A stretch of 64,000 nt of DNA from Candidatus Pacearchaeota archaeon (lineage in GTDB: Archaea > Nanobdellota > Nanobdellia > Pacearchaeales > GW2011-AR1): the NCBI GenBank assembly GCA_018303885.1, contig JAGVXG010000009.1:27611-91610 (forward strand), read 5' to 3'. Shown here one piece after another: positions 1 through 9,923 of this stretch. The first letter of the stretch is position 1, and every line of letters begins with the position of its first letter. Below the pieces are notes generated by a model. That model was not told the origin of the DNA. It ran no database searches and was given only the letters and a program-made list of their open reading frames with translations. Made by a program: the position numbers and the translations under genes.

Positions 1-65
1 AAGGAGCAGTATTAAGTATACTACAACACAATTATTCTTTTAAAGTGGAATAAATTTCTAAGAAA

Positions 66-596
66 ATGGCAATAAGAATGGATGAAGGCATCGTTGCCGA
101 AACATATTCGATTGGTCCTTTAACTGATAGAGAAACCTATGAATTAGCCAGGAGAGTATGTTGGCTTGATGAAACGCCAATAAGGGGTCTAAGAGGAAAA
201 ATAGAATTAACATATTCTGGGTTTGGGCTTTTATTAGAAAGGGGCGAAAAATTTGATTTAGGAAGCTTTGTTAACAATGAAGAAATAAATAATTTTATTA
301 ACGAAGTAATTGAACACGAAAAAGACACTTGGCAGATACATGGAAATGAACTTCGTATAGAGGAATATGAAAATCGAACTAATTTTACATTTTTATGGCC
401 AAAAGGAGATGGATATCGTTACCAAATAGCAGACTTAAGTAAAATTCCTGAAGAAAAAGTAAAGAGAGACCTTGCATTAATAAGATTATTTTGTACGGGA
501 TTCACTCATGGTTTTAGTTTGGGATACTTAAAAAGTGCTTATAAAACAAAAAATAATTTATCAGTATTTGAATTCTACTACGAATCTGGAGATTAA
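66..596 (+). CDS. hypothetical protein (176 aa)
   Basis: Long ATG-initiated ORF with clean spacing to the downstream tRNA. No family motif recognised. Confidence 0.45.
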   Translation: MAIRMDEGIVAETYSIGPLTDRETYELARRVCWLDETPIRGLRGKIELTYSGFGLLLERGEKFDLGSFVNNEEINNFINEVIEHEKDTWQIHGNELRIEEYENRTNFTFLWPKGDGYRYQIADLSKIPEEKVKRDLALIRLFCTGFTHGFSLGYLKSAYKTKNNLSVFEFYYESGD

Positions 597-603
597 ATTA
601 AAA

Positions 604-676
604 TAGCCCCACCAGGATTCGAACCTGGGTCGCGAGGTTCAAAACCTCGCATTCTTGACCACTGAACTATGGGGCT
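604..676 (-). tRNA. tRNA-Gln (anticodon UUG)
   Basis: The reverse complement folds as a cloverleaf. Acceptor AGCCCCA/TGGGGCT, anticodon stem CGAGG/CCTCG with loop TTTTGAA (UUG), T-arm CCAGG-TTCGAAT-CCTGG. No encoded CCA. Confidence 0.85.
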
Positions 677-780
677 TTAAAGAAAAAGATTTAAACGATT
701 TATAAGGGTTTCTTTATTAACCTTTTAAGACATCGTGTACATTACCTATAAACTTAAAAATCATAATTCTAAGTTATTTT

Positions 781-1329
781 ATGTCACACCCAGAACAAAA
801 CTATGTTTTTGAAATCGCAAGGGAACTAGGAATTGAGATAAAACCTTTAGATCATAAAGAACCAACAAGAAGCTGTAAAGAAAAACTTAATTTATTACAA
901 GAAGATTCCTCTTTTAGAGATTGGACATTAGAAAGAATAGTAAAAGCCCTCTATTTTTCAAGAAATAATAATCCTCTAATAGGAATTATAACGCCTGAAC
1001 TTGATAAAAATCCCAATCATAGAAAAATTTTTCATGAGGTATTAGGAATGTCCAAATCAAACGCAGAAAGATATTGGCCTAATAAGGTTCCAACGGGGAT
1101 GGTTTATGGAACATGCACCCCTTTTCCTTTAGAATCAGGTATGGGAACAGAAATAAGTGATTTAATAATTATTAATCATCCGAGTATAGACCATAAACTA
1201 GTAGACATTTCTGTTGGCGGAACAGATGAAAAAAGCTTCATGACATCAATGCACCTGCCTTACGGCGCCATATATCAAATTTTAAGAAGACAATTTGGTG
1301 ATAGAGTTCATTTATATCGAGCTACTTAA
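781..1329 (+). CDS. YbaK/aminoacyl-tRNA deacylase-like domain protein (tentative)
   Basis: 182-aa ORF. Size and general pattern (GTCTPFP, VSVGGTD-like segment) resemble YbaK/EbsC-type editing domains. Recalled similarity only. Confidence 0.35.
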   Translation: MSHPEQNYVFEIARELGIEIKPLDHKEPTRSCKEKLNLLQEDSSFRDWTLERIVKALYFSRNNNPLIGIITPELDKNPNHRKIFHEVLGMSKSNAERYWPNKVPTGMVYGTCTPFPLESGMGTEISDLIIINHPSIDHKLVDISVGGTDEKSFMTSMHLPYGAIYQILRRQFGDRVHLYRAT

Positions 1330-2113
1330 AAACCCCGCTATAAAAAATCTCTCTGTTAACTTCTTCTATTTTCGGGGATATTCTAAAAAAATCTCTGAAG
1401 CTGAACGGGTTATATTTCTCTCCAATTAGAACAGCGGCAAGTTTTTTATATTCAACACTTCCTTTTGACCTAGGGCTATGAACCGTAGATGGTTCCATGC
1501 TAGAAAGAGCCCTAAGTGCATTGATATCATAAGGAATTACTGCGAGAACAGGAATGTCCAAAACTTCTTCAATGTCGCTAAGAGAAACTTCAAAATCTTT
1601 ATCATGAACCTTATTCAAAACAATTCCTGAAATTGGTGTCCCCCGTTGCCTTGCTAATTTCACGGCTTTAATAGTTGCGCTCAATGTTGCATGATCTGGT
1701 GTTGTAACTGTCAAAATTTGGTCAGAAGCCAAAATGACTGCAAGAGTTTCTTCGTCAAGGCTTGGGCTTGAATCAATAAGAATAACGTCATAACTCCTCT
1801 TCAAGCCCTTAATTTTATCTTTTAAAAGAAAAGGATTAATTTCTGTTTTTTCAAATATCGAAGCAGGCATTACATGAAAATTTCCGTGTTCATAAATTGC
1901 GTCTCTTGCCTCTGCCTTCCTATTCAAAACATGATGAAGCGTTGTTTTGGGTTCAACAATACCAAGATGAAGTCCTAAGCTGGGCGAAGAAAGGTTTCCA
2001 TCAATCAAAAGAACCTTTTTTCCAAATTCAGAAATTGCGGAGCCAAGGGCTGCAACAACACTTGTTTTCCCAACGCCTCCTTTTAAGCTCACCACCCCAA
2101 TTGTCTTTCCCAT
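1322..2113 (-). CDS. MinD/ParA-family P-loop ATPase
   Basis: N-terminal deviant Walker A (VSLKGGVGKTS), followed by LLIDGN and ILIDSSPS (Walker B-like). Typical 263-aa size. Confidence 0.85.
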   Translation of the reverse strand: MGKTIGVVSLKGGVGKTSVVAALGSAISEFGKKVLLIDGNLSSPSLGLHLGIVEPKTTLHHVLNRKAEARDAIYEHGNFHVMPASIFEKTEINPFLLKDKIKGLKRSYDVILIDSSPSLDEETLAVILASDQILTVTTPDHATLSATIKAVKLARQRGTPISGIVLNKVHDKDFEVSLSDIEEVLDIPVLAVIPYDINALRALSSMEPSTVHSPRSKGSVEYKKLAAVLIGEKYNPFSFRDFFRISPKIEEVNREIFYSGVFK

Positions 2114-2252
2114 AAATAAATGATTTCAGTCTATAATAATAAAATTTTAATGTTTAAATTCTTTTACTTTTAAAACACACATAAGATTTAAAAACAAACT
2201 CCTTTATGTAATAAAACACCAAGGAAACAAATCTGATAAAATCATTTTTAAA

Positions 2253-2612
2253 ATGCTGAAAAAACAAGAAACCAAAAAGAAAGAAAAAGTAGAAAAGGAC
2301 TCTAAAAAGATTTCCCAAGAAGAATTTGAAAAAAAAGTCTTGGAGCTTTCAAAAGAAGGGTTAACCAGTGAAAAAATAGGCGAGAAGTTACGACGCGAGG
2401 GAATTCATCCTAGCGAATATGGAAAAAAGATTTCAAAAATATTGAAAGAACGAGGTAGTTATGCTTCTCCTGATCTAAAAAACGTGGAAGCGAAACTTGA
2501 AAGGGTAAAAAGGCATTCAGAAAAAAATAAACAAGATAAAAGAGCCATGAGGGAAAAAGAAAGGGTATTTTCACAATTAAGAAAACTTAAGATGTACTAT
2601 AAAGCAGCTTAG
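2253..2612 (+). CDS. rps15: ribosomal protein uS15 (S15P/S13e)
   Basis: Conserved archaeal S15 blocks: KEGLTSEKIGEKLRREGI, ISKILKERG, and the C-terminal KRH..KNKQDKRAMR...QLRKLKMYYK. The N-terminus is shorter than in euryarchaeal homologs. Confidence 0.8.
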   Translation: MLKKQETKKKEKVEKDSKKISQEEFEKKVLELSKEGLTSEKIGEKLRREGIHPSEYGKKISKILKERGSYASPDLKNVEAKLERVKRHSEKNKQDKRAMREKERVFSQLRKLKMYYKAA

Positions 2613-2744
2613 GTTAAAAACGCGGTTAGTTTAGAAAAATAAGTTTAATTCAAATAATAAACAGAAGAGTTAGTTTGGTAAAGGATAAATAAAAGTAGTT
2701 GATATTAACAGCTTTGTATCTTATGTCCCAAGTTAAAACTAAAA

Positions 2745-4124
2745 ATGGAAAAAGAGGGTGATTTTTTGGTAGATAAGGGTGAAATTTCTTTAGAAGAACA
2801 AATAAAGGCTGTTGCAAAAAAATTTCTTCAAAAATCAGACGGCAAAGAAGTTATTGTGGTAAGCCATTTTGATACAGATGGAATAACTTCTGCTGCTATA
2901 ATGATAAAATGCCTAAGAAGATTGGACAAAAAATTTTCTATAAAAATTGTTAAATCTCTTGAAAAACCGTTTATCGATTCTCTTCCTAAAGACAAAATAA
3001 TTCTTTTCCTTGATTTATCCTCGGGAAGCTTAAATCATATAGAAGACGCTGGCTTGAAAGAGGTTTTCATAATAGACCATCACGAATTAATTCAACAGGT
3101 ATTTGAAGGAATTGAAATAATCAATCCACAGCTCCACAATAAAGAAAAAATAAGCAGCTCAGGCTTAACTTACCTTTTTTGCAAAGAAATAGATCCTGAA
3201 AGCAAGAAATCTGCAAAGCTTGCGGTTTTGGGCATGATAGGAGACTTGCTCGAAAAAGAAATAGACAAATTGAACAATGGTATTCTTGAAGAAGGGGAAA
3301 TAAAGAAGAAACGCGGACTGTTAATTTATCCCTCGACAAGGCCAATAAACCGGGCTTTGGAGTATTGCTCAAATCCTTATATTCCTGGAGTTACCGGAAA
3401 CCCCGTAGGAGTTCTTGAGTTATTAAGAGAAGCAGGTATAGAAAATTCGCGCGGGCAGTATAAAAGTCTGATGGAAACGACTGAGGAGGAAATGAAACGT
3501 TTGGTGACGTCCATCATGCTAAGAAATCCAAAAGCAGTGGAAATGATCGGAGATATTTTTCTGATAAAATTCTTCAATAAATTAGAAGATGCCCGAGAAT
3601 TAAGCGCCATGGTCAATGCATGTTCCAGACTTGGTCAAAGCGACGTTGCTTTGCGATTTTGCATGGAAGTTCCGGGTTCAAGAAAAGAGGCGGAAGCAAT
3701 TCACATAAAATATAAGCAGCACATAATCTCTGGCCTTAATTTTATTTCCAAAGCCGAAAAAATCATTGGAAAAGACTTTGTAATCATAAACACAAAAGAC
3801 CAGGTAAAAGACACAATTGTTGGAACAATAGCAAGTATACTGTCAAACTCTCCTGTTTATGAAAAAGGGACAATTATAATAACAATGGCATACTACGACG
3901 ATAAAATAAAGGTCTCTGCAAGAGTTTGCGGAAGAAATGGTAATGGCGATAATGGTAACGGCGGCAGAAACGTCAGAGAAATATTAAATACAGTAATAAA
4001 AGAAATTGGCGGCGAAGTCGGAGGCCACGAACTTGCTGCCGGATGCATATTAACCAAAGATAAAGAAGAAAAATTTATCGACGCGTTAAAGAATGCTCTC
4101 GAGATAGAGCTGGTAAAGATTTAA
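2745..4124 (+). CDS. DHH/DHHA1 phosphoesterase, archaeal RecJ/GAN (Cdc45-like)
   Basis: DHH motifs VVSHFDTDGITSAA and IIDHH. DHHA1 motif GGHELAAG near the C-terminus. 459 aa. Confidence 0.75.
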   Translation: MEKEGDFLVDKGEISLEEQIKAVAKKFLQKSDGKEVIVVSHFDTDGITSAAIMIKCLRRLDKKFSIKIVKSLEKPFIDSLPKDKIILFLDLSSGSLNHIEDAGLKEVFIIDHHELIQQVFEGIEIINPQLHNKEKISSSGLTYLFCKEIDPESKKSAKLAVLGMIGDLLEKEIDKLNNGILEEGEIKKKRGLLIYPSTRPINRALEYCSNPYIPGVTGNPVGVLELLREAGIENSRGQYKSLMETTEEEMKRLVTSIMLRNPKAVEMIGDIFLIKFFNKLEDARELSAMVNACSRLGQSDVALRFCMEVPGSRKEAEAIHIKYKQHIISGLNFISKAEKIIGKDFVIINTKDQVKDTIVGTIASILSNSPVYEKGTIIITMAYYDDKIKVSARVCGRNGNGDNGNGGRNVREILNTVIKEIGGEVGGHELAAGCILTKDKEEKFIDALKNALEIELVKI

Positions 4125-4157
4125 CTAAACCAGAACAAGAATTCTTAAAAACTATGT

Positions 4158-4742
4158 TTGTATAGAAAATTTATGCCTAGAATTGAAGATGTCGCTCTTT
4201 TTGATATGGATGGGACTCTTTGTGATTATGAAAAATCCTTATTAGAAAAGCTTGAAGAGTTTAGGTCCCCTAACGAACCAATATGGAACTCTCCTGTAAA
4301 GGATGATGCTCCCGAATACATAAAAAGGAGGGCCGATATGATAAGGCATTCTGAGGAATGGTGGACAAATCTTCCAAAATTACAATTAGGGTGGGATGTC
4401 TTGGGGATTGCCAAAGAATTGGGATATAAAATAATGATATTAACACAGGGACCCAAAGCAAATCCATTTTCTTGGTCAGGTAAAAAAATGTGGATAGATA
4501 AACATCTCGGACAGGACGTGGATTTAACAATCACAAGAGACAAGGGGTTGGTGTATGGAAGGGTTCTTGTTGATGATTTCCCAAAATATATTGAAAGATG
4601 GCTTACCTGGAGAACAAGAGGAGTAGTTATAATGCCTGCAAACGATTCTAATCTTAATTTCTCTCATTCACAGGTAACTAGATATAATGGCTCAAACCTG
4701 GAAGAAGTAAGAGCTATGCTGACTAAAGCAAGAAGGAGATAA
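4158..4742 (+). CDS. HAD-superfamily hydrolase, 5'(3')-deoxyribonucleotidase-like
   Basis: HAD motif I (LFDMDGTLCDY) and a late VLVDDFPKY motif. The true start may be the internal Met at 4173. Confidence 0.55.
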   Translation: MYRKFMPRIEDVALFDMDGTLCDYEKSLLEKLEEFRSPNEPIWNSPVKDDAPEYIKRRADMIRHSEEWWTNLPKLQLGWDVLGIAKELGYKIMILTQGPKANPFSWSGKKMWIDKHLGQDVDLTITRDKGLVYGRVLVDDFPKYIERWLTWRTRGVVIMPANDSNLNFSHSQVTRYNGSNLEEVRAMLTKARRR

Positions 4743-4781
4743 TTTCAAAACCTTTAAAACTCCTATTTCTCTTCCTAAAAC

Positions 4782-5498
4782 ATGGCATTCGAAGAAGGCG
4801 ATGTTGTTTTTTGCACTGTAGATCGCATAGTCGGAACTAATGTGTTTGTAAAAATCTCTGAAAAAGATAAAGAGGTAGAGGGTTGCATTGTTATGAGCGA
4901 GATTGCTCCTGGAAGAATTAGGAATATAAGAGATTACGTTGTTCCGAAGAAAAAAATAGTGTGCAAAGTGCTAAGGATATCGGGCGACAGAATAGATCTT
5001 TCTTTAAGAAGAGTTACTCAAAAAGAGCAGAAGGAAGTAAAAGAGATATACAATCAAGAAAAAAGTTATGAAAGTATATTAAAAAGCGTTCTTGGAGAAC
5101 GCGGGCAGGGGATTATTGAAGTCATATCTAAAAATTCCAGAATTTATGATTTTTTGAACGAAGCAAAAGAAAATCCAAAAAATCTGGAAGAGTTAATTGG
5201 AAAAGGGGACGCAAAAAAAATTTTGGATATAATGAACGCTCAGCAAAAAAACAGAAAAGTGGTCTTAAAAAAAGAGATATTACTAACAACGACAGATCCC
5301 GATGGAATTGGAATAATAAAAAAACTTTTGGGTAAAATAAAAGAAATTGAAGTAAAATACATTTCTGCTGGAAAATATGTCTTAAAAACAGAATCCAATG
5401 ATGCAAAAAAGGCAGATCACCAACTTAGAGACATCCTTATTGAAATTGAAAAAGATGCAAAAAAGGCAGGAGCTGAGTTTAGTATTGTCAAGAAGTAA
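4782..5498 (+). CDS. eif2a: translation initiation factor aIF2 alpha subunit
   Basis: N-terminal S1 domain with the conserved IRNIRDYV...IDLSLRRVTQKEQKE block typical of a/eIF2-alpha. Confidence 0.8.
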   Translation: MAFEEGDVVFCTVDRIVGTNVFVKISEKDKEVEGCIVMSEIAPGRIRNIRDYVVPKKKIVCKVLRISGDRIDLSLRRVTQKEQKEVKEIYNQEKSYESILKSVLGERGQGIIEVISKNSRIYDFLNEAKENPKNLEELIGKGDAKKILDIMNAQQKNRKVVLKKEILLTTTDPDGIGIIKKLLGKIKEIEVKYISAGKYVLKTESNDAKKADHQLRDILIEIEKDAKKAGAEFSIVKK

Positions 5499-5574
5499 AA
5501 GAAATAAAATTTTATTCTCTTCCTGTGAAATTATAAATCACAAACCTTAAAAACAAGGTTTTTTATGGAGTGAT

Positions 5575-5985
5575 ATGAAAAAATTGGATGATTTTAATGT
5601 TATTGTCCTTGGAATAATCTTTGACCCTAAAAGGAAAAAGATTTTGATAGGAAGGAGGGGGGATGACCCTTTTGTTAAAAAGCTTAAATGGACGCCTCCT
5701 GGAGGAAGAGTCGCTCACGGAGAGGATTTAGAAATTTCCCTTAAAATCAAAATAAAAGAGCAAACAGGGCTTGAAGTAGCAAATCTTGGGCATATCTTCT
5801 CAATGATTCCTAAGGAAAAAAAGAATTTCGTCCTAATTCTTCATCTATGTGAAGTTGTTAAAGGAAAGGAAAGGGTCGGGGGCAACTTAAAGGAAATAAA
5901 ATGGGTAAATCCAGAAGAGCTAGATGATTATTTCGATATAGCTTATCATCCCCATTTAAGAGAATACATTCTAAACTTGAAATGA
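5575..5985 (+). CDS. NUDIX hydrolase
   Basis: Nudix-box-like segment PGGRVAHGEDLEISLKIKIKEQTGLEV. 136 aa. Confidence 0.7.
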   Translation: MKKLDDFNVIVLGIIFDPKRKKILIGRRGDDPFVKKLKWTPPGGRVAHGEDLEISLKIKIKEQTGLEVANLGHIFSMIPKEKKNFVLILHLCEVVKGKERVGGNLKEIKWVNPEELDDYFDIAYHPHLREYILNLK

Positions 5986-6095
5986 AACTAAAAAAGTGCA
6001 AATCTTGTAAAAGTTATACTTTAAAAGAAGTCTGTGATAAATGCGGAAACAAAACTTCTGACGCGCATTACAAATTTATTAAGGTAAAAGTTTAA
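5982..6095 (+). CDS. nop10: Nop10-like zinc-ribbon protein (H/ACA RNP), C-terminally short (37 aa)
   Basis: Not in the ORF track (<60 aa). My translation is MKLKKCKSCKSYTLKEVCDKCGNKTSDAHYKFIKVKV. The CxxC..YTLKE.C..CG.KT pattern matches the archaeal Nop10 zinc ribbon. The ATG overlaps the Nudix stop (ATGA). The aIF2alpha-Nop10 neighbourhood is conserved in archaea. Confidence 0.6.
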   Translation: MKLKKCKSCKSYTLKEVCDKCGNKTSDAHYKFIKVKV

Positions 6096-7318
6096 ATCAA
6101 AGTTCCCTGCTTCTCCCCAAGCAAGGCTTTTCCGTATTCGCCGTCGTAGCCAGGAACGACTTTTATTTTTGCCTCACGGTTTTTTATAATTAAATCTACG
6201 AGTTTTTCGTCAAATCCTTTTCCAAGTAAAGTTTCTTTGGGAATTTTTAATAAAATATCAAGTTCATTTCCAAATTCTGCTATAAGCTTGTTATAAACCT
6301 GCCAGACTCCGTTGCTGCTCATGCTGATTCCTTTCTGTAAGGCAACAACCTCGTGTAGAGGAAGAATTTTATAAAATGGTTTTGGATTTTTCGGCTTAAA
6401 TCCCTTAGGATGCGCCGCAATTTCTTCAACTCTATTGTCAACGCCGATTGTCATTGGTTTTTTACAAACAGGACAGATTCCTTTCAAAGCTTTTGTTTTT
6501 TCAGGATCTGAAGAAAAACCACAGTTCCTATGTCCGTCATAATGATACTTTCCATATTCTGGTGGTGTTTCAATTGTTGCTCGAAGCCCCTGTCCAGTTC
6601 TTATCGCTTTGATTATGTTTTCGTAGCTCAGTTCAGGAATTTCAAAAACCGTTGCTTCGCGCCCAATGCGCCATGGCCACATTGAGTGAGCATCACTAAA
6701 CGAAACAACATTGGCTTTTCCTGAGGCTATTTCTTCAAAACGCCAAAGCATAGAAGGGTCTGCACTCATTCCTGATTCAACCGCGTATATGTTTTTTGTT
6801 TGATCTCCAAAACATTCTTGCAAAGAATCAAACCCGCTTTTTGAGCCAAATAAACCGAAAAATGGCGTCATACAATGAGCAGGAATAATCTCAATTTTAT
6901 CGTCAATTTCCTTTAAATCTCGAACAACATCAATACAGGACATGCCAAATATAGGCCTTCCATCATAATCAAGCCTACCCTTGCTTCCCAGATATTTTGT
7001 GATTTCATCGGCAATTTTTGTATTTGGAGCAAAAATCAATAAATGAATAGCTCTTCTTTTCCCATCTTGAGAATACATTAAACTAACTTCTGTCTGCCAT
7101 AAGAAAGGAAAACCATTAGCTGTTCTTAAAATTCCCTTATCATCTTCAATAAGTTTTTCGTCAATTTCCTTTCTTCTCAAAGGATGTTGAAAATCTCCCA
7201 CACCAAGAAGCCCAAGCCCTTTGATTCTTGCGTATTTCTCAAGGTTCTCTATAGAAATGTCTTTGCTTGTGGCTCTAGCATATTTAGAATGAATCTGCAG
7301 ATCTGCAATCACTTCCAT
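6092..7318 (-). CDS. PHP-domain endonuclease Q (EndoQ)-like protein
   Basis: N-terminal PHP motif ADLQIHSKYARATS, GVGDFQHP, and a later zinc-finger-like CPVCKKPMTIGV. The layout recalls Pyrococcus EndoQ (TIGR00375 family). Confidence 0.55.
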   Translation of the reverse strand: MEVIADLQIHSKYARATSKDISIENLEKYARIKGLGLLGVGDFQHPLRRKEIDEKLIEDDKGILRTANGFPFLWQTEVSLMYSQDGKRRAIHLLIFAPNTKIADEITKYLGSKGRLDYDGRPIFGMSCIDVVRDLKEIDDKIEIIPAHCMTPFFGLFGSKSGFDSLQECFGDQTKNIYAVESGMSADPSMLWRFEEIASGKANVVSFSDAHSMWPWRIGREATVFEIPELSYENIIKAIRTGQGLRATIETPPEYGKYHYDGHRNCGFSSDPEKTKALKGICPVCKKPMTIGVDNRVEEIAAHPKGFKPKNPKPFYKILPLHEVVALQKGISMSSNGVWQVYNKLIAEFGNELDILLKIPKETLLGKGFDEKLVDLIIKNREAKIKVVPGYDGEYGKALLGEKQGTLI

Positions 7319-7378
7319 TATGAATTTAATTAATGAGAAACGATTTTTAAGGATTTAGATGATGTTAAGGAGTTTTTA

Positions 7379-7852
7379 TTAATAATCAGCTAGTTTCATA
7401 TGTAAAGAAAACGGTTCAAACCCAAATTTTTTATAGATTTCGATTACTTCTTTATTTTTTGCAAATACATCTAATCCAATATATTCAACTTTATTATCTT
7501 TAAACCAATTCATCATTTTTCTCATTAATTCAGAGGAGACACCTTTTCCTCTTTCTTTTTTTGTTACAAAAAACTCTTCAATATAGCCTACTTTATGATT
7601 ATTAAAATTAGATACAATTCCTTTAGCATATCCTGTTAATTTTTCATTTTCAGAAACCAATACTAAAACGTTCTTCTTTCTAATCTCTCTTTTAATGTTT
7701 TTTATCCACTTCTCTTTTTCACTATTATTCATTTCCCAAAGAAAAAATATCTTAAATTTTGAACCCAAAATTTTTCTATCATAAAGTCTGTTTTCCTTCT
7801 CGAAGTTCCATAATTTTGGTATATCTTTAAGATTTACTTTTCTTATAACCAT
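7379..7852 (-). CDS. GNAT-family N-acetyltransferase
   Basis: 157 aa. Acetyl-CoA binding-type motif (KKERGKGVSSELM) and typical GNAT length. Confidence 0.75.
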   Translation of the reverse strand: MVIRKVNLKDIPKLWNFEKENRLYDRKILGSKFKIFFLWEMNNSEKEKWIKNIKREIRKKNVLVLVSENEKLTGYAKGIVSNFNNHKVGYIEEFFVTKKERGKGVSSELMRKMMNWFKDNKVEYIGLDVFAKNKEVIEIYKKFGFEPFSLHMKLADY

Positions 7853-7882
7853 TTTAAATAAAATAATTAAGAATATTAAAAA

Positions 7883-9556
7883 CTATCTCTTCTTTCTCAT
7901 AAAGAACCAAACCAAAGCAATAACAAGAACAGCAATCACAATCCAAAGCCATGTTAAACTTTTTCCAGTTTCTGTTGTTTCAGTCGTTCCCGTAGTTCCA
8001 CTACCTGTTCCAGAATCAGTTCCAGTACCAGGAGCAGCCTTCTCTGAAATTGCAAAATAACTAAAGCTCGTTACTTCAGCATCGTAATAATAGTATGTAG
8101 TATCTTCTGAAGAATATGTTGTAGGCAACTCATTCCATTTTCCATTGGTTTCATCAAACTTAGATATCACAACATTGTTTTTATCAACTCCATTTGACGT
8201 TACCCATAACTTCTCAACCTTAGCAGTTACTTTTGCCTTACTAAGCTTGCCCGCAACATTTGAGACATTTATCTGCATATATTGATAGACTTTTCCTGAT
8301 TTTGAAACGGAAACAGCAGCTGGCTTTCCATCGTATTTCGTCACAGTAATTTTAACATTTTGCGCTTCATTGTTTACTTCTATTTCTATTTGTTTCAATC
8401 CTAAGTCAGGATCAAAATATTTTGAAATTGTAGCAGCACCAGGAGTCACCTTCGTAAATGAGTTTACTTGTGGTTTAGGAGTTGTTGTTCCGCTGCCTCC
8501 GCCGCCGCTTCCGCTACCTGGATTTTGTGTAACAGTATATGTTTTTGACGCGCTTGCTGTTAATCCTCCGTTATCTGTTACAGTACAAGTATAAGTAAAG
8601 CCGCCTGTTGAAGAAGGCTTCGCAATTCCATCTGGAGATGTTGAAGTGCCTGTTGACGTGCTTACACCAGAGGTTGCGTCAGTTCCAGCACAAGAGCATG
8701 GGAAAGCGTCTCCTGTCTGGGCTGTTGCAGGAGAACATGTTGCCGTCGCAGTTGGTGCAGTAGCATCTATCTGAACAACTAATGTGTTGTTTAAACGCAT
8801 ATTGTTAAGTGTGTCATTTATATAAATATTAACGGTTTTATTTCCATCAGTCAAGCCAGTAACATTTATGTCAGAAGAATTACACCATCTGCCAGCTAAA
8901 AGCGGAACAGAGTGATTATACTCTCCAGCAATGTTAATGAAACAGAAAAGGTTGCTTGTATTCAGCAATCCCACAGTTGCATCAGTAACAGAAATGTTTA
9001 ATGTTATATTATTAGGCCAGAGTGCCCCTGTAAGAGTAGTATTTGTTTTAATTGATGTTCCATTTGCATAAGCTGTTAAAGTCGCACCACTATAGGCAGT
9101 AGTCAAAGGAGGTGTATTATCTATCGTCATATTTGCACTTACATTGGTTGCATTAACTGTTCCTCCGCTATAATCATAAGCAGTAAAATTCAAAGTATAA
9201 TTCTTCCCATCATCAAGAGCTGTTGTGGCCCATGTAGCATTAAAATATGGCTGGCTTGCCGTAACATTATTTGTTGTTGCAATTGATATCCATGTAGCGT
9301 TGGCTGCATAACTCCATGGCTTATAATAAAAAGTTACATTTCCTGTTGTATTCCCAGCAGCACCACCCCCAAGAATAGTTGCATTAAGAGTATACGAGCC
9401 AGAAATATTAGTGCTGTTCACCGCAGGCAATGTTGGATTTATTGTGGTGGCCGCACTAACCATAAACAAAAAACTAATCGCTACTATTGCAAATAAAATC
9501 GATAAAAAAATTCTTTTACTAATCATCTCATCCTCTTTTATTAAAAGTAGTAACAA
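7883..9556 (-). CDS. secreted surface (S-layer-like) glycoprotein with C-terminal TM anchor
   Basis: Signal peptide MISKRIFLSILFAIVAISFLFMVSA, so the start is probably at 9526. Dozens of N-x-S/T sequons and Thr/Ser/Gly linkers. A PGF-pre-PGF-like beta domain is followed by the C-terminal TM WLWIVIAVLVIALVWFF plus MRKKR. Confidence 0.7.
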   Translation of the reverse strand: MLLLLIKEDEMISKRIFLSILFAIVAISFLFMVSAATTINPTLPAVNSTNISGSYTLNATILGGGAAGNTTGNVTFYYKPWSYAANATWISIATTNNVTASQPYFNATWATTALDDGKNYTLNFTAYDYSGGTVNATNVSANMTIDNTPPLTTAYSGATLTAYANGTSIKTNTTLTGALWPNNITLNISVTDATVGLLNTSNLFCFINIAGEYNHSVPLLAGRWCNSSDINVTGLTDGNKTVNIYINDTLNNMRLNNTLVVQIDATAPTATATCSPATAQTGDAFPCSCAGTDATSGVSTSTGTSTSPDGIAKPSSTGGFTYTCTVTDNGGLTASASKTYTVTQNPGSGSGGGGSGTTTPKPQVNSFTKVTPGAATISKYFDPDLGLKQIEIEVNNEAQNVKITVTKYDGKPAAVSVSKSGKVYQYMQINVSNVAGKLSKAKVTAKVEKLWVTSNGVDKNNVVISKFDETNGKWNELPTTYSSEDTTYYYYDAEVTSFSYFAISEKAAPGTGTDSGTGSGTTGTTETTETGKSLTWLWIVIAVLVIALVWFFMRKKR

Positions 9557-9702
9557 ATTTAAAGTTTATAAATGTTTTTTTTTAGTTTGTTAGGATTAAT
9601 TAATAAGGATGGTGATAAATTAGCGACCCAAGTTTAAATTTTTAAAAAATTATAAATATGTAGATATACTTTTAAGGTTAAGAATTAGTTAATTGAAAAC
9701 AC

Positions 9703-9774
9703 GCCCTCATAGTTCAATGGATAGAACGCAACCTTGCGGAGGTTGTAATCGGGGTTCGAATCCTCGTGGGGGCA
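9703..9774 (+). tRNA. tRNA-Arg (anticodon GCG)
   Basis: Cloverleaf: acceptor GCCCTCA/TGGGGGC, anticodon stem CAACC/GGTTG with loop TTGCGGA (GCG), T-arm CGGGG-TTCGAAT-CCTCG. Confidence 0.85.
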
Positions 9775-9787
9775 TTAATCCTTAGGA
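9764..9787 (+). repeat. att-like direct repeat, copy 1 (tRNA-Arg 3' end plus 13 nt)
   Basis: TCGTGGGGGCATTAATCCTTAGGA recurs at 10695-10718 with one mismatch. It overlaps the hairpin TTAATCC-TTA-GGATTAA (9775-9791), which is itself repeated at 10674-10690. Confidence 0.65.
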
Positions 9788-9923
9788 TTAAGACACCAAC
9801 GCAAACCGAATAACTGGAGAGCAAAATGGTTTAACGCTTCTTCAGAGAATATTACTAAATGGTTTAACGCTCTAACAGAGAGTTAAACTCTAATTTTATA
9901 AACTTAAAATAGTTTAACTTTAT

